The translations under genes and the position numbers were made by a program. Shown here piece by piece: positions 8,732-18,142 of a DNA stretch of 60,479 bases. The notes under the pieces were generated by a model, which had not been told where the DNA came from, made no database searches, and saw only the letters and a program-made list of their open reading frames with translations. Origin of the DNA: an uncultured Candidatus Melainabacteria bacterium (GTDB lineage: Bacteria; Cyanobacteriota; Vampirovibrionia; LMEP-6097); the NCBI GenBank assembly GCA_937927525.1, contig CALBDR010000358.1, forward strand, positions 1 through 60,479, read 5' to 3'. Within the stretch, counting starts at the first letter, position 1, and every line of letters begins with the position of its first letter.

Positions 8732-9088
8732 GTGTTCACAGATTACATTAAAGTAGAGCATAGAATAATTCCCAGGAATTATATATATAGTGCTGAAGCT
8801 GTTGCTCCACCTAGAATTAGAGCTTTAGAAGAAAAATTAGGTACAATTAATCCAGAGTTTAATCTTCAATTAAAACAAAAAATTAATACAGCCAAGCAAG
8901 AAATAAATGCTCAAAGAGCAGCTAATATCGAAGTAAAACCAGGTTCTCAAGCCCATGAGGTGATGAAATCAATTCAATCACAAATGTTTGAAGTTCATAA
9001 AACCGATAAGAAGAAGACTATTAAAACTATTAACCCAGTTACATTTAAATTATTAGATAGCGTAAAAAAAGTATTTGCTATTAGTTAA
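8732..9088 (+). CDS. Small conserved hypothetical protein, tandem paralog A
   Basis: AAGGGAGGTGG SD. A GTG start at 8732 gives MFTDY, matching paralog B. Shared blocks are IIP.N, KP.SQA.E.MKSIQ.Q.FE.HK and FKLL. Confidence 0.65.
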   Translation: MFTDYIKVEHRIIPRNYIYSAEAVAPPRIRALEEKLGTINPEFNLQLKQKINTAKQEINAQRAANIEVKPGSQAHEVMKSIQSQMFEVHKTDKKKTIKTINPVTFKLLDSVKKVFAIS

Positions 9089-9113
9089 GCACTTAAGATA
9101 ATAAAATAATCTT

Positions 9114-9142
9114 TAAATCCCCTTTATAGATGGTGCCGATAT
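9114..9142 (+). promoter_or_regulatory. Candidate sigma-28 (FliA/SigD)-type promoter
   Basis: TAAA (9114-9117), a 17-nt spacer, then GCCGATAT (9135-9142), 41 nt upstream of the ATG at 9184. The -10 octamer matches the SigD consensus, but the spacer is 1-2 nt longer than usual. Confidence 0.35.
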
Positions 9143-9183
9143 ACAGATTATGGGCATAGAACTAGTAAAGGAATGGGGAATAT

Positions 9184-9516
9184 ATGTTTACCGATTATAA
9201 TTCTATAGCAAATAAAATAATCCCTAAAAATCAGCAGTTTAATAAATCTGTGAACTCTAATATTGATAAACAAGTATTTAGCAAAATTATCAATAACCCT
9301 AACCATAGGGCTCAAGCAGAAAAACTTGCAGCCTATAAAGCTTCTAACAGTGGTATCAAACCTAATTCACAAGCAGCTGAGCAAATGAAATCAATTCAAG
9401 CTCAGTTATTTGAAATTCATAAGAAATATAAATCATACGCACGCAAAAAAGCTGCTCAGAACGAAAATATTTTTAAATTACTAGAAAAAATTAAAAATAT
9501 TGTTGCTGCTAGTTAA
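9184..9516 (+). CDS. Small conserved hypothetical protein, tandem paralog B
   Basis: 110-aa ORF starting MFTDY. It shares N-terminal, central and C-terminal blocks with 8732..9088. Confidence 0.65.
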   Translation: MFTDYNSIANKIIPKNQQFNKSVNSNIDKQVFSKIINNPNHRAQAEKLAAYKASNSGIKPNSQAAEQMKSIQAQLFEIHKKYKSYARKKAAQNENIFKLLEKIKNIVAAS

Positions 9517-9558
9517 TTATTGATCAAGTAGTTATATGTTAACCTTAGTCGTTCTTTA

Positions 9559-10419
9559 TTAAAGCTTAACTAAATCTTTATTCAAAGCTTGTCTCACAGT
9601 TAAAACATCTACTAAAGTACTTTTCAACTTAGCTAAAGGTATCATATTAGGACCATCAGAAAGTGCTTCCTCTGGATTATAATGTGTCTCAGCAAAAAGT
9701 CCTGTGGCTCCAGCAGCTACAGCTGCTCTCGCCAAAATCGGCGCGTAATGAGAATTCCCTAAAGACTTATCCCCACCAGCTCCTGGAAGCTGACAAGAAT
9801 GAGTAGCATCAAAAATAGTTCTAATACCCATTTCACGAACTTGTTCAAACATTCTCATATCCACCACTAAGTTGTTATAACCGAAAGAATTTCCTCTTTC
9901 ACAAATAAATAGCTTCTCGTTACCAGTTTCCCTACACTTATCCGCTATATTCTTCACTTCTAGAGGAGACATAAATTGACCTTTTTTAATATTTAACACC
10001 TTAGCTGTTTTGGCGGCAGCTACTACTAAATCTGTTTGTCTACAAAGAAAAGCAGGAAGTTGAATCATATCTAAAACTTCTCCAGCTTGCTTTGCTTGAT
10101 CTTCTGTGTGCACATCAGAGACTATAGGAAAACCGAATTGATCACGAACTTCAGACAAGATGTTCAAACCATCATCAATTCCCGGTCCACGGAAACCTTT
10201 TATAGAGCTACGATTAGCCTTATCAAAAGATGCTTTAAAAATAGCTATAACTCCTCGGTTAAGACTTGAACTACTAAGCTCATCTACGATCTTTTTAATC
10301 TCCTCAGCGATACGCATAACATTATCGCGAGATTCAATAGCACAAGGTCCTAATAGTAAAGGAAATGAATCCTTTTCCATTACTGCTTGATCAAAGAGGA
10401 AGTCTTTTACGCTAGGCAT
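9559..10419 (-). CDS. kdsA: 2-dehydro-3-deoxyphosphooctonate aldolase (KDO-8-P synthase)
   Basis: LLLGPCAIESRD, FKASFDKANRSS, DVHTEDQ and FDATHS blocks typical of KdsA. Confidence 0.93.
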   Translation of the reverse strand: MPSVKDFLFDQAVMEKDSFPLLLGPCAIESRDNVMRIAEEIKKIVDELSSSSLNRGVIAIFKASFDKANRSSIKGFRGPGIDDGLNILSEVRDQFGFPIVSDVHTEDQAKQAGEVLDMIQLPAFLCRQTDLVVAAAKTAKVLNIKKGQFMSPLEVKNIADKCRETGNEKLFICERGNSFGYNNLVVDMRMFEQVREMGIRTIFDATHSCQLPGAGGDKSLGNSHYAPILARAAVAAGATGLFAETHYNPEEALSDGPNMIPLAKLKSTLVDVLTVRQALNKDLVKL

Positions 10420-10521
10420 AATAGTATTTTAGCACTGAGCTGAATTAATAAATCTATTAAAAACTTATTATCAAAAATAAGAGGCGGCATCAAAATTTTC
10501 TCAAAAGAAAAAAATATGAAT

Positions 10522-10920
10522 TTACATTAAAGCTAAATTAGCTAATTCATCTGCTCTTTTATTAAATTCACGACGAACATGAGTAAAACTCACAGCAGAG
10601 AAGCTAGGTAGTAATTTCCTAATCGCTTCATAGAGTGGTTTAATATTAGCGTTTTTAACTTTATAAACACCGTTTAGTTGTTTAATCATAAGCTCACTGT
10701 CAGCAAAAACTTCAATTTCTGAACCTGAGTACTTTTCAGCTAGAAGCTTAAGGGCTTCAATTAAAGCTGTATACTCAGCAAAATTATTAGTTTGAGTACC
10801 TATGAACTTTGAAATAGATTCTATTTCCTGCCCTGCATCAAGGACACTTACTCCTATAGAAGCTTTCCCAGGATTACCTTTAGAAGCTCCATCTGTAAAG
10901 ACTTGTAATTTATTTACCAT
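10522..10920 (-). CDS. rnhA: Ribonuclease HI-type protein
   Basis: VFTDGASKGNPG, NNFAEYTALIEAL, ADSELM and NKRADELA carry the acidic catalytic residues of the RNase H fold. Confidence 0.85.
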   Translation of the reverse strand: MVNKLQVFTDGASKGNPGKASIGVSVLDAGQEIESISKFIGTQTNNFAEYTALIEALKLLAEKYSGSEIEVFADSELMIKQLNGVYKVKNANIKPLYEAIRKLLPSFSAVSFTHVRREFNKRADELANLALM

Positions 10921-10928
10921 ATTAATTG

Positions 10929-11705
10929 TTAAACAGCTGCTCCCTGCGTTAAAGCAGCAATATCCAAATCAGCAAGTGAATCAATAAATTCATCAACATT
11001 AGCAGCATGCTTATCAGCAGCTTCTTTTCTAATAACACCAGAAAACACAGCTATGATATTAGCTCCTGCTTCTTTCCCGATCCTGGCATCTACAGGGGAA
11101 TCTGTAATGAAAATAGTTTCTTCAGGTTTAACACCTAGCTTATCGCAGATACCTTGATACATTTCAGCAGTTTTATACATTCCTGCTACAGTATGCTCTA
11201 CAGAATCCTTCAATTCAAATTTCTCTAAAGTTCTTTCAGTGTTCTTAGCTGAATCAGAAGTGAATACTGCTAATTTCAAACCAGCCTCATCCATTTCTTT
11301 AATCTTTTCAATAGATCCATCTACTGCAATTATCATGTCATCAAAATCTAGTTGTTCAGCTAAATCTTTATCTGATTTAGAAAAATCAGCCTGTGCATTT
11401 TTCCATGTATAAGTTGGCTCTAAACTATTTACAGCGATATATAGACCTGTAGTAATAGCAAGCTTCACCATATCAAAAGGCATAGAAACAGGTGAATCTG
11501 GATCAATAGTTTCATCCTCATCATCCACACCCATAGCTCTTATACAAGTAGTTCTAACATGATTAAAAGCATCCCAAGTCGTCGTCGTGTACTCAGCTAA
11601 AATCTGTGCTCTTGCAGCAATCATACGCATCCATAATTTATGGAAATCAACAAAAACACCATCTTTATCAAGTACTATAGCTTTAATATTTTCAAATTTT
11701 TTCAT
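10929..11705 (-). CDS. HAD-superfamily hydrolase
   Basis: Motif I VLDKDGVF, a later FTSDS and a DSPVDARIGKEAG block. Confidence 0.7.
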   Translation of the reverse strand: MKKFENIKAIVLDKDGVFVDFHKLWMRMIAARAQILAEYTTTTWDAFNHVRTTCIRAMGVDDEDETIDPDSPVSMPFDMVKLAITTGLYIAVNSLEPTYTWKNAQADFSKSDKDLAEQLDFDDMIIAVDGSIEKIKEMDEAGLKLAVFTSDSAKNTERTLEKFELKDSVEHTVAGMYKTAEMYQGICDKLGVKPEETIFITDSPVDARIGKEAGANIIAVFSGVIRKEAADKHAANVDEFIDSLADLDIAALTQGAAV

Positions 11706-11785
11706 GGATCAACCTCTAATATAGCACTCTATGAGGGCTTTTACAATTAAGTATCCTTAAAATAAGCCGAATAACCTAAAACTAA

Positions 11786-12862
11786 CTAAGCATAAGAGAA
11801 TTTCTTAATAGTTTCTATAAAAACTTTAGCATTCTCAGGAGGAACCATCGGTAAAATACCATGTCCTAAATTAGCGATATAACCTGGCGCAGAACCAGCT
11901 TCAGCTAACATCTCTAGTGTTTTTCTCTCAACAAAATTCTTGTCACCTAAAAGGAAACAAGGGTCAAAGTTACCCTGAATAGCGATTTTACGAGCGGTCG
12001 CATTATCAGTATAAGAAGCTACATACTCTCTAATCTCTCTTAAATTCACACGCCAGTCGATACTCACAACATCAGCACCAGAATCAATCATGAAATCAAG
12101 CACATTAGCTACACCATTTACGTAAAGAGTAATAATAGTTCCAGGGTATTTAGCCTTAAGAGCAGCTATAATCCTTTGCTGGTATGGTAAAGCGAAATCT
12201 TTATAATCTTTCTGAGAAAGAACAGATGCCCAAGTGTCAAATAACTGAAGCATATCAGCACCATGTTCAATCTTCACAGATAAATAATCAATAATAGTTT
12301 CAGATAATTTATCAAGTAAAAGATGCATAGCATTAGGCTCTGAGTACATTAACCTTTTGATATTCTCAAAGTTTTTAGAACCGCCACCTTCTATTAAATA
12401 ACTAGCAAGTGTCCATGGCGCTCCAGCAAAACCGAGTATAGGAACATCACCATCTACACGTTTTTTTATCTCATCTAAAGTCTCATATACAAAAGAGCAA
12501 CGCTCACCAATATTTTTTGGAACTATCAAATGATCAATCTGCTCTTGGGTTCTAATCGGCTTTCTAAACTCAGGCTTACCTGTATCAAAGCTCAAATCAG
12601 CTCCCATAGGCTCAAGTGGAATTAAAATATCAGAAAACATTATAATAGCATCAACACCTAATATTTCTAATGGTTGAATACTAACTTCAGCAGCTTTATC
12701 TGGATTTTTACAAAGCTCAAGAAAACTCATTTTCGATCTAATCGCCTGATATTCAGGTAAGTATCTTCCAGCCTGTCTCATCATCCACACTGGAGGTCTC
12801 TCTAATTTTTCATGCTTAGCTGCACGTAAAATAAGGTCATTTTTTAATGCTGTAGTTGTCAT
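11786..12862 (-). CDS. hemE: Uroporphyrinogen decarboxylase
   Basis: Signature PPVWMMRQAGRYLPEY, with length and C-terminal blocks typical of HemE. Confidence 0.95.
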   Translation of the reverse strand: MTTTALKNDLILRAAKHEKLERPPVWMMRQAGRYLPEYQAIRSKMSFLELCKNPDKAAEVSIQPLEILGVDAIIMFSDILIPLEPMGADLSFDTGKPEFRKPIRTQEQIDHLIVPKNIGERCSFVYETLDEIKKRVDGDVPILGFAGAPWTLASYLIEGGGSKNFENIKRLMYSEPNAMHLLLDKLSETIIDYLSVKIEHGADMLQLFDTWASVLSQKDYKDFALPYQQRIIAALKAKYPGTIITLYVNGVANVLDFMIDSGADVVSIDWRVNLREIREYVASYTDNATARKIAIQGNFDPCFLLGDKNFVERKTLEMLAEAGSAPGYIANLGHGILPMVPPENAKVFIETIKKFSYA

Positions 12863-13058
12863 AAGTTATAGATAAGCCTAGCATGAAAAGCTATGAGCAA
12901 ATTGTATTGCGGGGAAGAATTGATTCAAGATAAGGTGAAGTCTAAATTATTACTTTAGGACATGAAATTCCTTCACCCAATAATTAAATGCAATCAAAAT
13001 CTCGATCTAAACAAAAATAGTTTAAAATAATAAATACTTATTTATTTGAGGTTTAGAC

Positions 13059-14090
13059 ATGTCTAAATTAGCACTAAAAAGCAAACCCGTAAAGAAACAA
13101 ATCAAAATCGGTGACATTGAACTAAAAGGTAATGTCTATATCCCGCCTATGGCGGGATTCACAGATTTACCTTACCGAATTCTCTGTAGAGAATTCGATG
13201 AAGATGTACTCATGTCAACCGAGATGCTTAGCTCTAAAGCTATGCTATACAGTGATCAATATAAAAACCCTGAAGAACCTAATAAGATGGATATTCCAGA
13301 AGGCGAGTCATTGACTGGCATTCAACTTTTCGGACACGAACCAGAAGTGATGTCAGAAGCAGCCAGAATTGCTACAGACGCTGGAGCAAGATTTATAGAT
13401 ATCAATATGGGCTGCCCCGTAGCCAAAATAGTAAACGGTATGGATGGTGCTGCATTAATGAAATACCCTGACTTAGCTTTCAATATAGTCAAAGCTGTTA
13501 AATCCTCGACTAAGTTGCCAGTAACCGTAAAAACCAGACTGGGATGGGATTATGATAATTTAAACGCAAGAGACTTAGCCCTAATGTTCCAAGATCTAGG
13601 AATTTCAGCTTTGACCCTCCATGGTAGAACCCGCTCCCAAAAATACGAAGGTAACGCAAAATGGGATTTAATAGCTGAAGCTATAGAAGGCTTAGAAATT
13701 CCAGTCTTTGCAAATGGTGATGTTAAAACCATAGAAGATGTAAAAAATATTCTGGAAACTACTGGTGCTGATGGCGTTGCAATCGCTCGTGGAACTATGG
13801 GAAAACCCTGGTTTTCAAAACAAGTAAATCACTACATAGATACAGGCGAAATTCTTCCAGAACCAGATGCTTTAGCAAAGCTAGACTTATCTCTAAAACA
13901 TTGTAGATTAATGATTGAATACAGAGGCGTCGAGGCTGGTACTCGTGAAATTAGAAAACATATAGTTAAGTACGTTCACGGTATACCTGGCTCTTCTAAA
14001 CTCCGGGCTAAGTTAAGTCACCTCAATTCCTACGAAGAAGCAGAAGAGATGATTTTTGAGTTGATGGATAATCTAAAAAAAGAATTTTAA
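13059..14090 (+). CDS. dus: tRNA-dihydrouridine synthase
   Basis: IDINMGCPVAKI, VTVKTRLGW and LTLHGRTRSQ. Confidence 0.9.
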   Translation: MSKLALKSKPVKKQIKIGDIELKGNVYIPPMAGFTDLPYRILCREFDEDVLMSTEMLSSKAMLYSDQYKNPEEPNKMDIPEGESLTGIQLFGHEPEVMSEAARIATDAGARFIDINMGCPVAKIVNGMDGAALMKYPDLAFNIVKAVKSSTKLPVTVKTRLGWDYDNLNARDLALMFQDLGISALTLHGRTRSQKYEGNAKWDLIAEAIEGLEIPVFANGDVKTIEDVKNILETTGADGVAIARGTMGKPWFSKQVNHYIDTGEILPEPDALAKLDLSLKHCRLMIEYRGVEAGTREIRKHIVKYVHGIPGSSKLRAKLSHLNSYEEAEEMIFELMDNLKKEF

Positions 14091-14105
14091 AGCTCTTGAA
14101 GGCTA

Positions 14106-14657
14106 TCACTGATAATGAAGGTATGTCGACATAACATACTTATCCTTATCACCAGTCACCTTTCTTGCGTAATGTGGATGAGTCCACACCGGTGGAAACA
14201 TTAAAACCCTTCCAGCCTTAGGCTTAATTTCTATATTGAATTCAGGGAAAATGGTCTCTCCACCTTCAAAACCATCACTTAAATAAAATAAAAAAGATAA
14301 ATAGCGAACCGCCATTTCTTTATCTTCAACATCTATATGTAGATCATAGCGATCTTCTGTATTAGCTCTATAATTTTTAACTCTAAAACATTCTAGGTTT
14401 GGAAATAAACGAGATGGAAACCATTTTACATGCTCTGGGTATGTGTCTTGATAAAGAGATAAGGCCTTGATCACGACTTTCTCAAGTTCTTTAGTGGTTT
14501 TTATAAGCATCTGTGAAAAATTGGGTAAACCCTTATTTAAAACAGCCTCTGCTTTATTAGTGTCAAAAGTATGAATTAAATCCTTACACAAAGATTCGGG
14601 AATTACTGAATCGTAAACCCCGATGAAATTTTCTGTTATTAAACTCTTATTAAGCAC
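14106..14657 (-). CDS. 2OG-Fe(II) oxygenase (prolyl 4-hydroxylase-like)
   Basis: HIDVED (HxD), GGETIFPEF, KAGRVLMFPPVWTHPH and a distal R/K. The GTG start overlaps the upstream stop (GTGCTTAA). Confidence 0.75.
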   Translation of the reverse strand: MLNKSLITENFIGVYDSVIPESLCKDLIHTFDTNKAEAVLNKGLPNFSQMLIKTTKELEKVVIKALSLYQDTYPEHVKWFPSRLFPNLECFRVKNYRANTEDRYDLHIDVEDKEMAVRYLSFLFYLSDGFEGGETIFPEFNIEIKPKAGRVLMFPPVWTHPHYARKVTGDKDKYVMSTYLHYQ

Positions 14658-15057
14658 TTGCTAAAGTATTCATCCCATTAGGTAATGGAGGTGTCTTAGC
14701 TCCTCTCCCCTGAGCAAATGAACTAAAAGCACCACCGTGTCTTTCATTAGCTCCACTGACGAAGTGATTTCTCACAGCTGGTAAACCATTAGCGACATTA
14801 AACTGTGCTACGAGGTTTGCAGTTCCCTGAGCTCTCGCTTTAACATCATCTATTTGAGGATTACTTGATTGATAAGAATCTCTTAAATCATAAGCAACAT
14901 CAAAATCTTCTTCTTGAAACTTTGAAGCTGTATTGTTTAATGTATTTGCAAAACTTACTTTACCAGTGTCTAAATCTCGGTATGTTGCATCAATAACTTC
15001 ACTGTTTCCAGTTTTATATCTGCTCTCATTATTGAATTTAATCCCAAAGTCCACCAT
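14650..15057 (-). CDS. Hypothetical protein
   Basis: 135-aa ORF, polar and low in hydrophobic residues, ending with a Pro-rich TPPLPNG tail. Translationally coupled to the oxygenase. Confidence 0.55.
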   Translation of the reverse strand: MVDFGIKFNNESRYKTGNSEVIDATYRDLDTGKVSFANTLNNTASKFQEEDFDVAYDLRDSYQSSNPQIDDVKARAQGTANLVAQFNVANGLPAVRNHFVSGANERHGGAFSSFAQGRGAKTPPLPNGMNTLASA

Positions 15058-15405
15058 TCGTAGTATTTTTATTGACTCCTTTTCTTAAGATCAGGTTAAA
15101 TTTAAAAACTTTTTGTCAAAAATATTTAGAAAAAACTTTAATAAAAAAACTTGTATACACGCGCCACACTTACGCAAAATCATAGTAACCTAGCAAGGTT
15201 AAGATAGAGTTAAGACCAACAAAAAAAAAGTTTCCCTCTATATAAAAGCTAATCTAAGAAATTTTATTGTAATACTGAATTTTTCGAAACAAAATATGCT
15301 AACTAATTTCACAAAAATCTTAATTTTCAAGTTAAAAATTTCTAAGGCACAAAGTGATCTGAGAATGATATATTTAAATAATCCCATCAAATTACAACGT
15401 CAAAC

Positions 15406-17010
15406 ATGCCCATGAAGATAGTCCCAGACAGCTTTACACAGATTAAACACGCCCATGAGAATCTTACAGAAGAAAACAACGAAAAAAAATCACCTGAAAC
15501 AAATCAAGAAAACAGTTTTAAAAACGAAATATCAGCAGAAGAAATAAATGATATTTGGCTATTAATCTTAGAAAAATTATCAAAATTGATCAAGAAAACC
15601 AGTATCAATACATGGATAAAACCATGTAAAGTTTTATCACTTAATGAAGAAGAAATAGTAATAGCTGTAAAAAATGAATTCACTAGAAAATTCATTATGC
15701 AAAGTTTCAGTGAAGCTATCTATAAGGCGACTAAAGAAGTTTTAGCAGCATCAATAAAGCTTCGCTTAGTAATTAATTCAGAAACTATTCATGAGCCTAA
15801 TAAAAATAGTTTTGTCGAAGAAAAGCCGAATATCAAGTGCACAAAGTCAGCTCCAACTAAGATTTCATCTGTAATTCAAAAAACAGAATTCATAGAGCAA
15901 AAAACTTTTGCTGAAATAGCTAGTCCAGCTAGAAATAAAAACACTAACAGAAACCCTAAAGTTGATCCTTACACAGGACTTTACACTCAATACAAATTCG
16001 AGAACTTAGTAATCTCAAAATCTAATGTAGGTGTAGTTACCTTTGCTAAAGCAATTATCGAAGAGAATATGGGTTTTCACTATAATTCACTTTTCATTAA
16101 GTCTGATGTTGGCTTAGGTAAAACACATATTTTAAATGCAGTTGCCCATGAGGCTTTAGCGAATGATCCGATGCTTAAAGTGAAGTACTTAAAAGCAGAA
16201 GATTTTCTAAATGAGTATATAGTTTCTTTGAAAAATAAATCTTATGAAAAGTTCAAAAAGAAATATCGTGAATTAGATTTATTGCTTTTTGACGAAGCAC
16301 AATTCCTTGACGGCAAAACTTCTACCCAGCAAGAATTTTGCAATACTTTTGACGCTATTATAAACAACGGTGGGAAAGTTATTCTATCTTCTAATCAAAA
16401 TTTCACTGGTTTCAAAAAAATTGAAAATAAATTAAAAAGTAGAATCCAAGGCTCACTTACAGCAGAAATTTTAGCTTTAGACTATGACGCAAGACTAAAA
16501 GTTGTTTCTCTAAAAGCTAAAGAAATGAATCTTGAAATCTCAAATGAACAAAAGCAATATATAGCAGAAAGCTTCACTGATAATATAAGAGAACTGGAAG
16601 GAGCATTACTAAAGCTATCTGCTTTCAACAGCCTCTCTGGTGAAATCGGTGTTGACGATGCTTCAATAGCTAATTTATTCGCTTCGGTTCATGTCGACGA
16701 AGAGAAAAATGGTATCAGTATCAATAAAATTGCAAGAGCTGTAGCTGCAAAGTATGACCTTGAAAGTAAAGACTTACAAAGCAGAAAACGATCACAAAAC
16801 ATTGCTCAAGCTAGACATATTGCAATTTTCTTGAGTCATGAATTACTCGAATTAAGTTATCAGAGAATCGGAGATTTCTTCGGTGGTAGAAAGCATAGCT
16901 CGGTCATCTACTCCATTAAAACTATTCATGATCAAGTTAACTCCAAATTATCTAATTCAAATACCTTGAAAAAATGTCTAGATGATATAAGATCTTCCTT
17001 AAGGGAATAA
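15406..17010 (+). CDS. dnaA: Chromosomal replication initiator protein DnaA
   Basis: Walker A GLGKTHIL, Walker B LLLFDEAQFL, RELEGAL, and the domain IV block ARHIAIFLSHELLELSYQRIGDFFGGRKHSSV. Long N-terminal/linker region. Confidence 0.95.
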   Translation: MPMKIVPDSFTQIKHAHENLTEENNEKKSPETNQENSFKNEISAEEINDIWLLILEKLSKLIKKTSINTWIKPCKVLSLNEEEIVIAVKNEFTRKFIMQSFSEAIYKATKEVLAASIKLRLVINSETIHEPNKNSFVEEKPNIKCTKSAPTKISSVIQKTEFIEQKTFAEIASPARNKNTNRNPKVDPYTGLYTQYKFENLVISKSNVGVVTFAKAIIEENMGFHYNSLFIKSDVGLGKTHILNAVAHEALANDPMLKVKYLKAEDFLNEYIVSLKNKSYEKFKKKYRELDLLLFDEAQFLDGKTSTQQEFCNTFDAIINNGGKVILSSNQNFTGFKKIENKLKSRIQGSLTAEILALDYDARLKVVSLKAKEMNLEISNEQKQYIAESFTDNIRELEGALLKLSAFNSLSGEIGVDDASIANLFASVHVDEEKNGISINKIARAVAAKYDLESKDLQSRKRSQNIAQARHIAIFLSHELLELSYQRIGDFFGGRKHSSVIYSIKTIHDQVNSKLSNSNTLKKCLDDIRSSLRE

Positions 17011-17020
17011 GCCAAATATC

Positions 17021-18136
17021 ATGGAAACTAAGAGTCAAACTCAAGAGGCCGCTTTATACAATAAGGAGAACCCTTTAGTGACTAAAGTTACGGAAAATTA
17101 CTTACTTAATAAAGAGGGTTCTATTAAAGATACTAGGCATATAGCAATTAGCCTAGAAGCTAGCGGTGTGGATTATACACCAGGTGACTCCTTATATATC
17201 TTCCCTGAAAATGACCCTGAATTAGTAAAAAACTTATTAAATGAATTAGAGCTAGATTTAAGTTCTGAGGAAGAGACTAAAAGGTTTACCCAAGAAGTTA
17301 ATTTAACTCGCCCTAGTAGTAAGCTTTTTAAAGCAATAGCCGAAAAGACAGGTGAAGATGCTAAAGAAATCCAGACTAACTTTGATGGCTATAACAGCTT
17401 AGTTATCATCAAGGAAACTAAAAGTAAATTTCCGGATTTTAAAATCACATCAAATGAACTTGCAGAGAATTCTTCTAAAGCAAATCCTAGGGCCTACTCC
17501 ATTGCTTCTTCTTTAAAAGCTCATCCAGAATTAGTTGAACTTTGTATTTCTAGAGTAGAAGAAGAAATTAATGGTCAAATGGTATATGGACTATGTTCTA
17601 ACTTTATCTGCAACAGAGTCGCCGTAGGTGATGAAAAGAAAGTTAGAGTTTATGTTCATAAAAATGATAGATTCAGATTACCTGAAGATCCTAAAACTAA
17701 AATAATTATGGTTGGTCCTGGAACTGGGATAGCTCCTTTCAGGGCTTTTATCGAAGAAAGAAATGCCCTCAGAGATTCTGGTACTGAGGTTGGTGCTGAC
17801 TGGTTATTCTTCGGCGATCAAAGATCTAAGTTTGATTACCTCTATGGTGAAGAGCTTGAAAATTATAAAGAAAAGTATGGTCTAAAAATAGACTTAGCTT
17901 TCTCTAGAGACCAGAATTATAAAATTTACGTACAAGATAAAATGAGAGAAAACTCAGCTGAGATTTTCCAATGGCTTGAAGAAGGTGCACACTTCTATGT
18001 TTGTGGTGATGCAAGGCGTATGGCTAAAGACGTAGACCAAGCTCTAAAAGATATTGCTTCTGAGCATGGTAAGGATCCTGAAGAATTCGTAAAAGCACTA
18101 AAAGACGAAAAAAGATACTCAAGAGACGTATACTAA
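17021..18136 (+). CDS. FAD/NADPH-binding oxidoreductase (CysJ C-terminal / ferredoxin-NADP reductase type), no flavodoxin domain
   Basis: RAYSIASS, GPGTGIAPFRAF, YVCGDARRMAKDV and a C-terminal ...RDVY. Confidence 0.85.
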   Translation: METKSQTQEAALYNKENPLVTKVTENYLLNKEGSIKDTRHIAISLEASGVDYTPGDSLYIFPENDPELVKNLLNELELDLSSEEETKRFTQEVNLTRPSSKLFKAIAEKTGEDAKEIQTNFDGYNSLVIIKETKSKFPDFKITSNELAENSSKANPRAYSIASSLKAHPELVELCISRVEEEINGQMVYGLCSNFICNRVAVGDEKKVRVYVHKNDRFRLPEDPKTKIIMVGPGTGIAPFRAFIEERNALRDSGTEVGADWLFFGDQRSKFDYLYGEELENYKEKYGLKIDLAFSRDQNYKIYVQDKMRENSAEIFQWLEEGAHFYVCGDARRMAKDVDQALKDIASEHGKDPEEFVKALKDEKRYSRDVY

Positions 18137-18142
18137 AGATAG

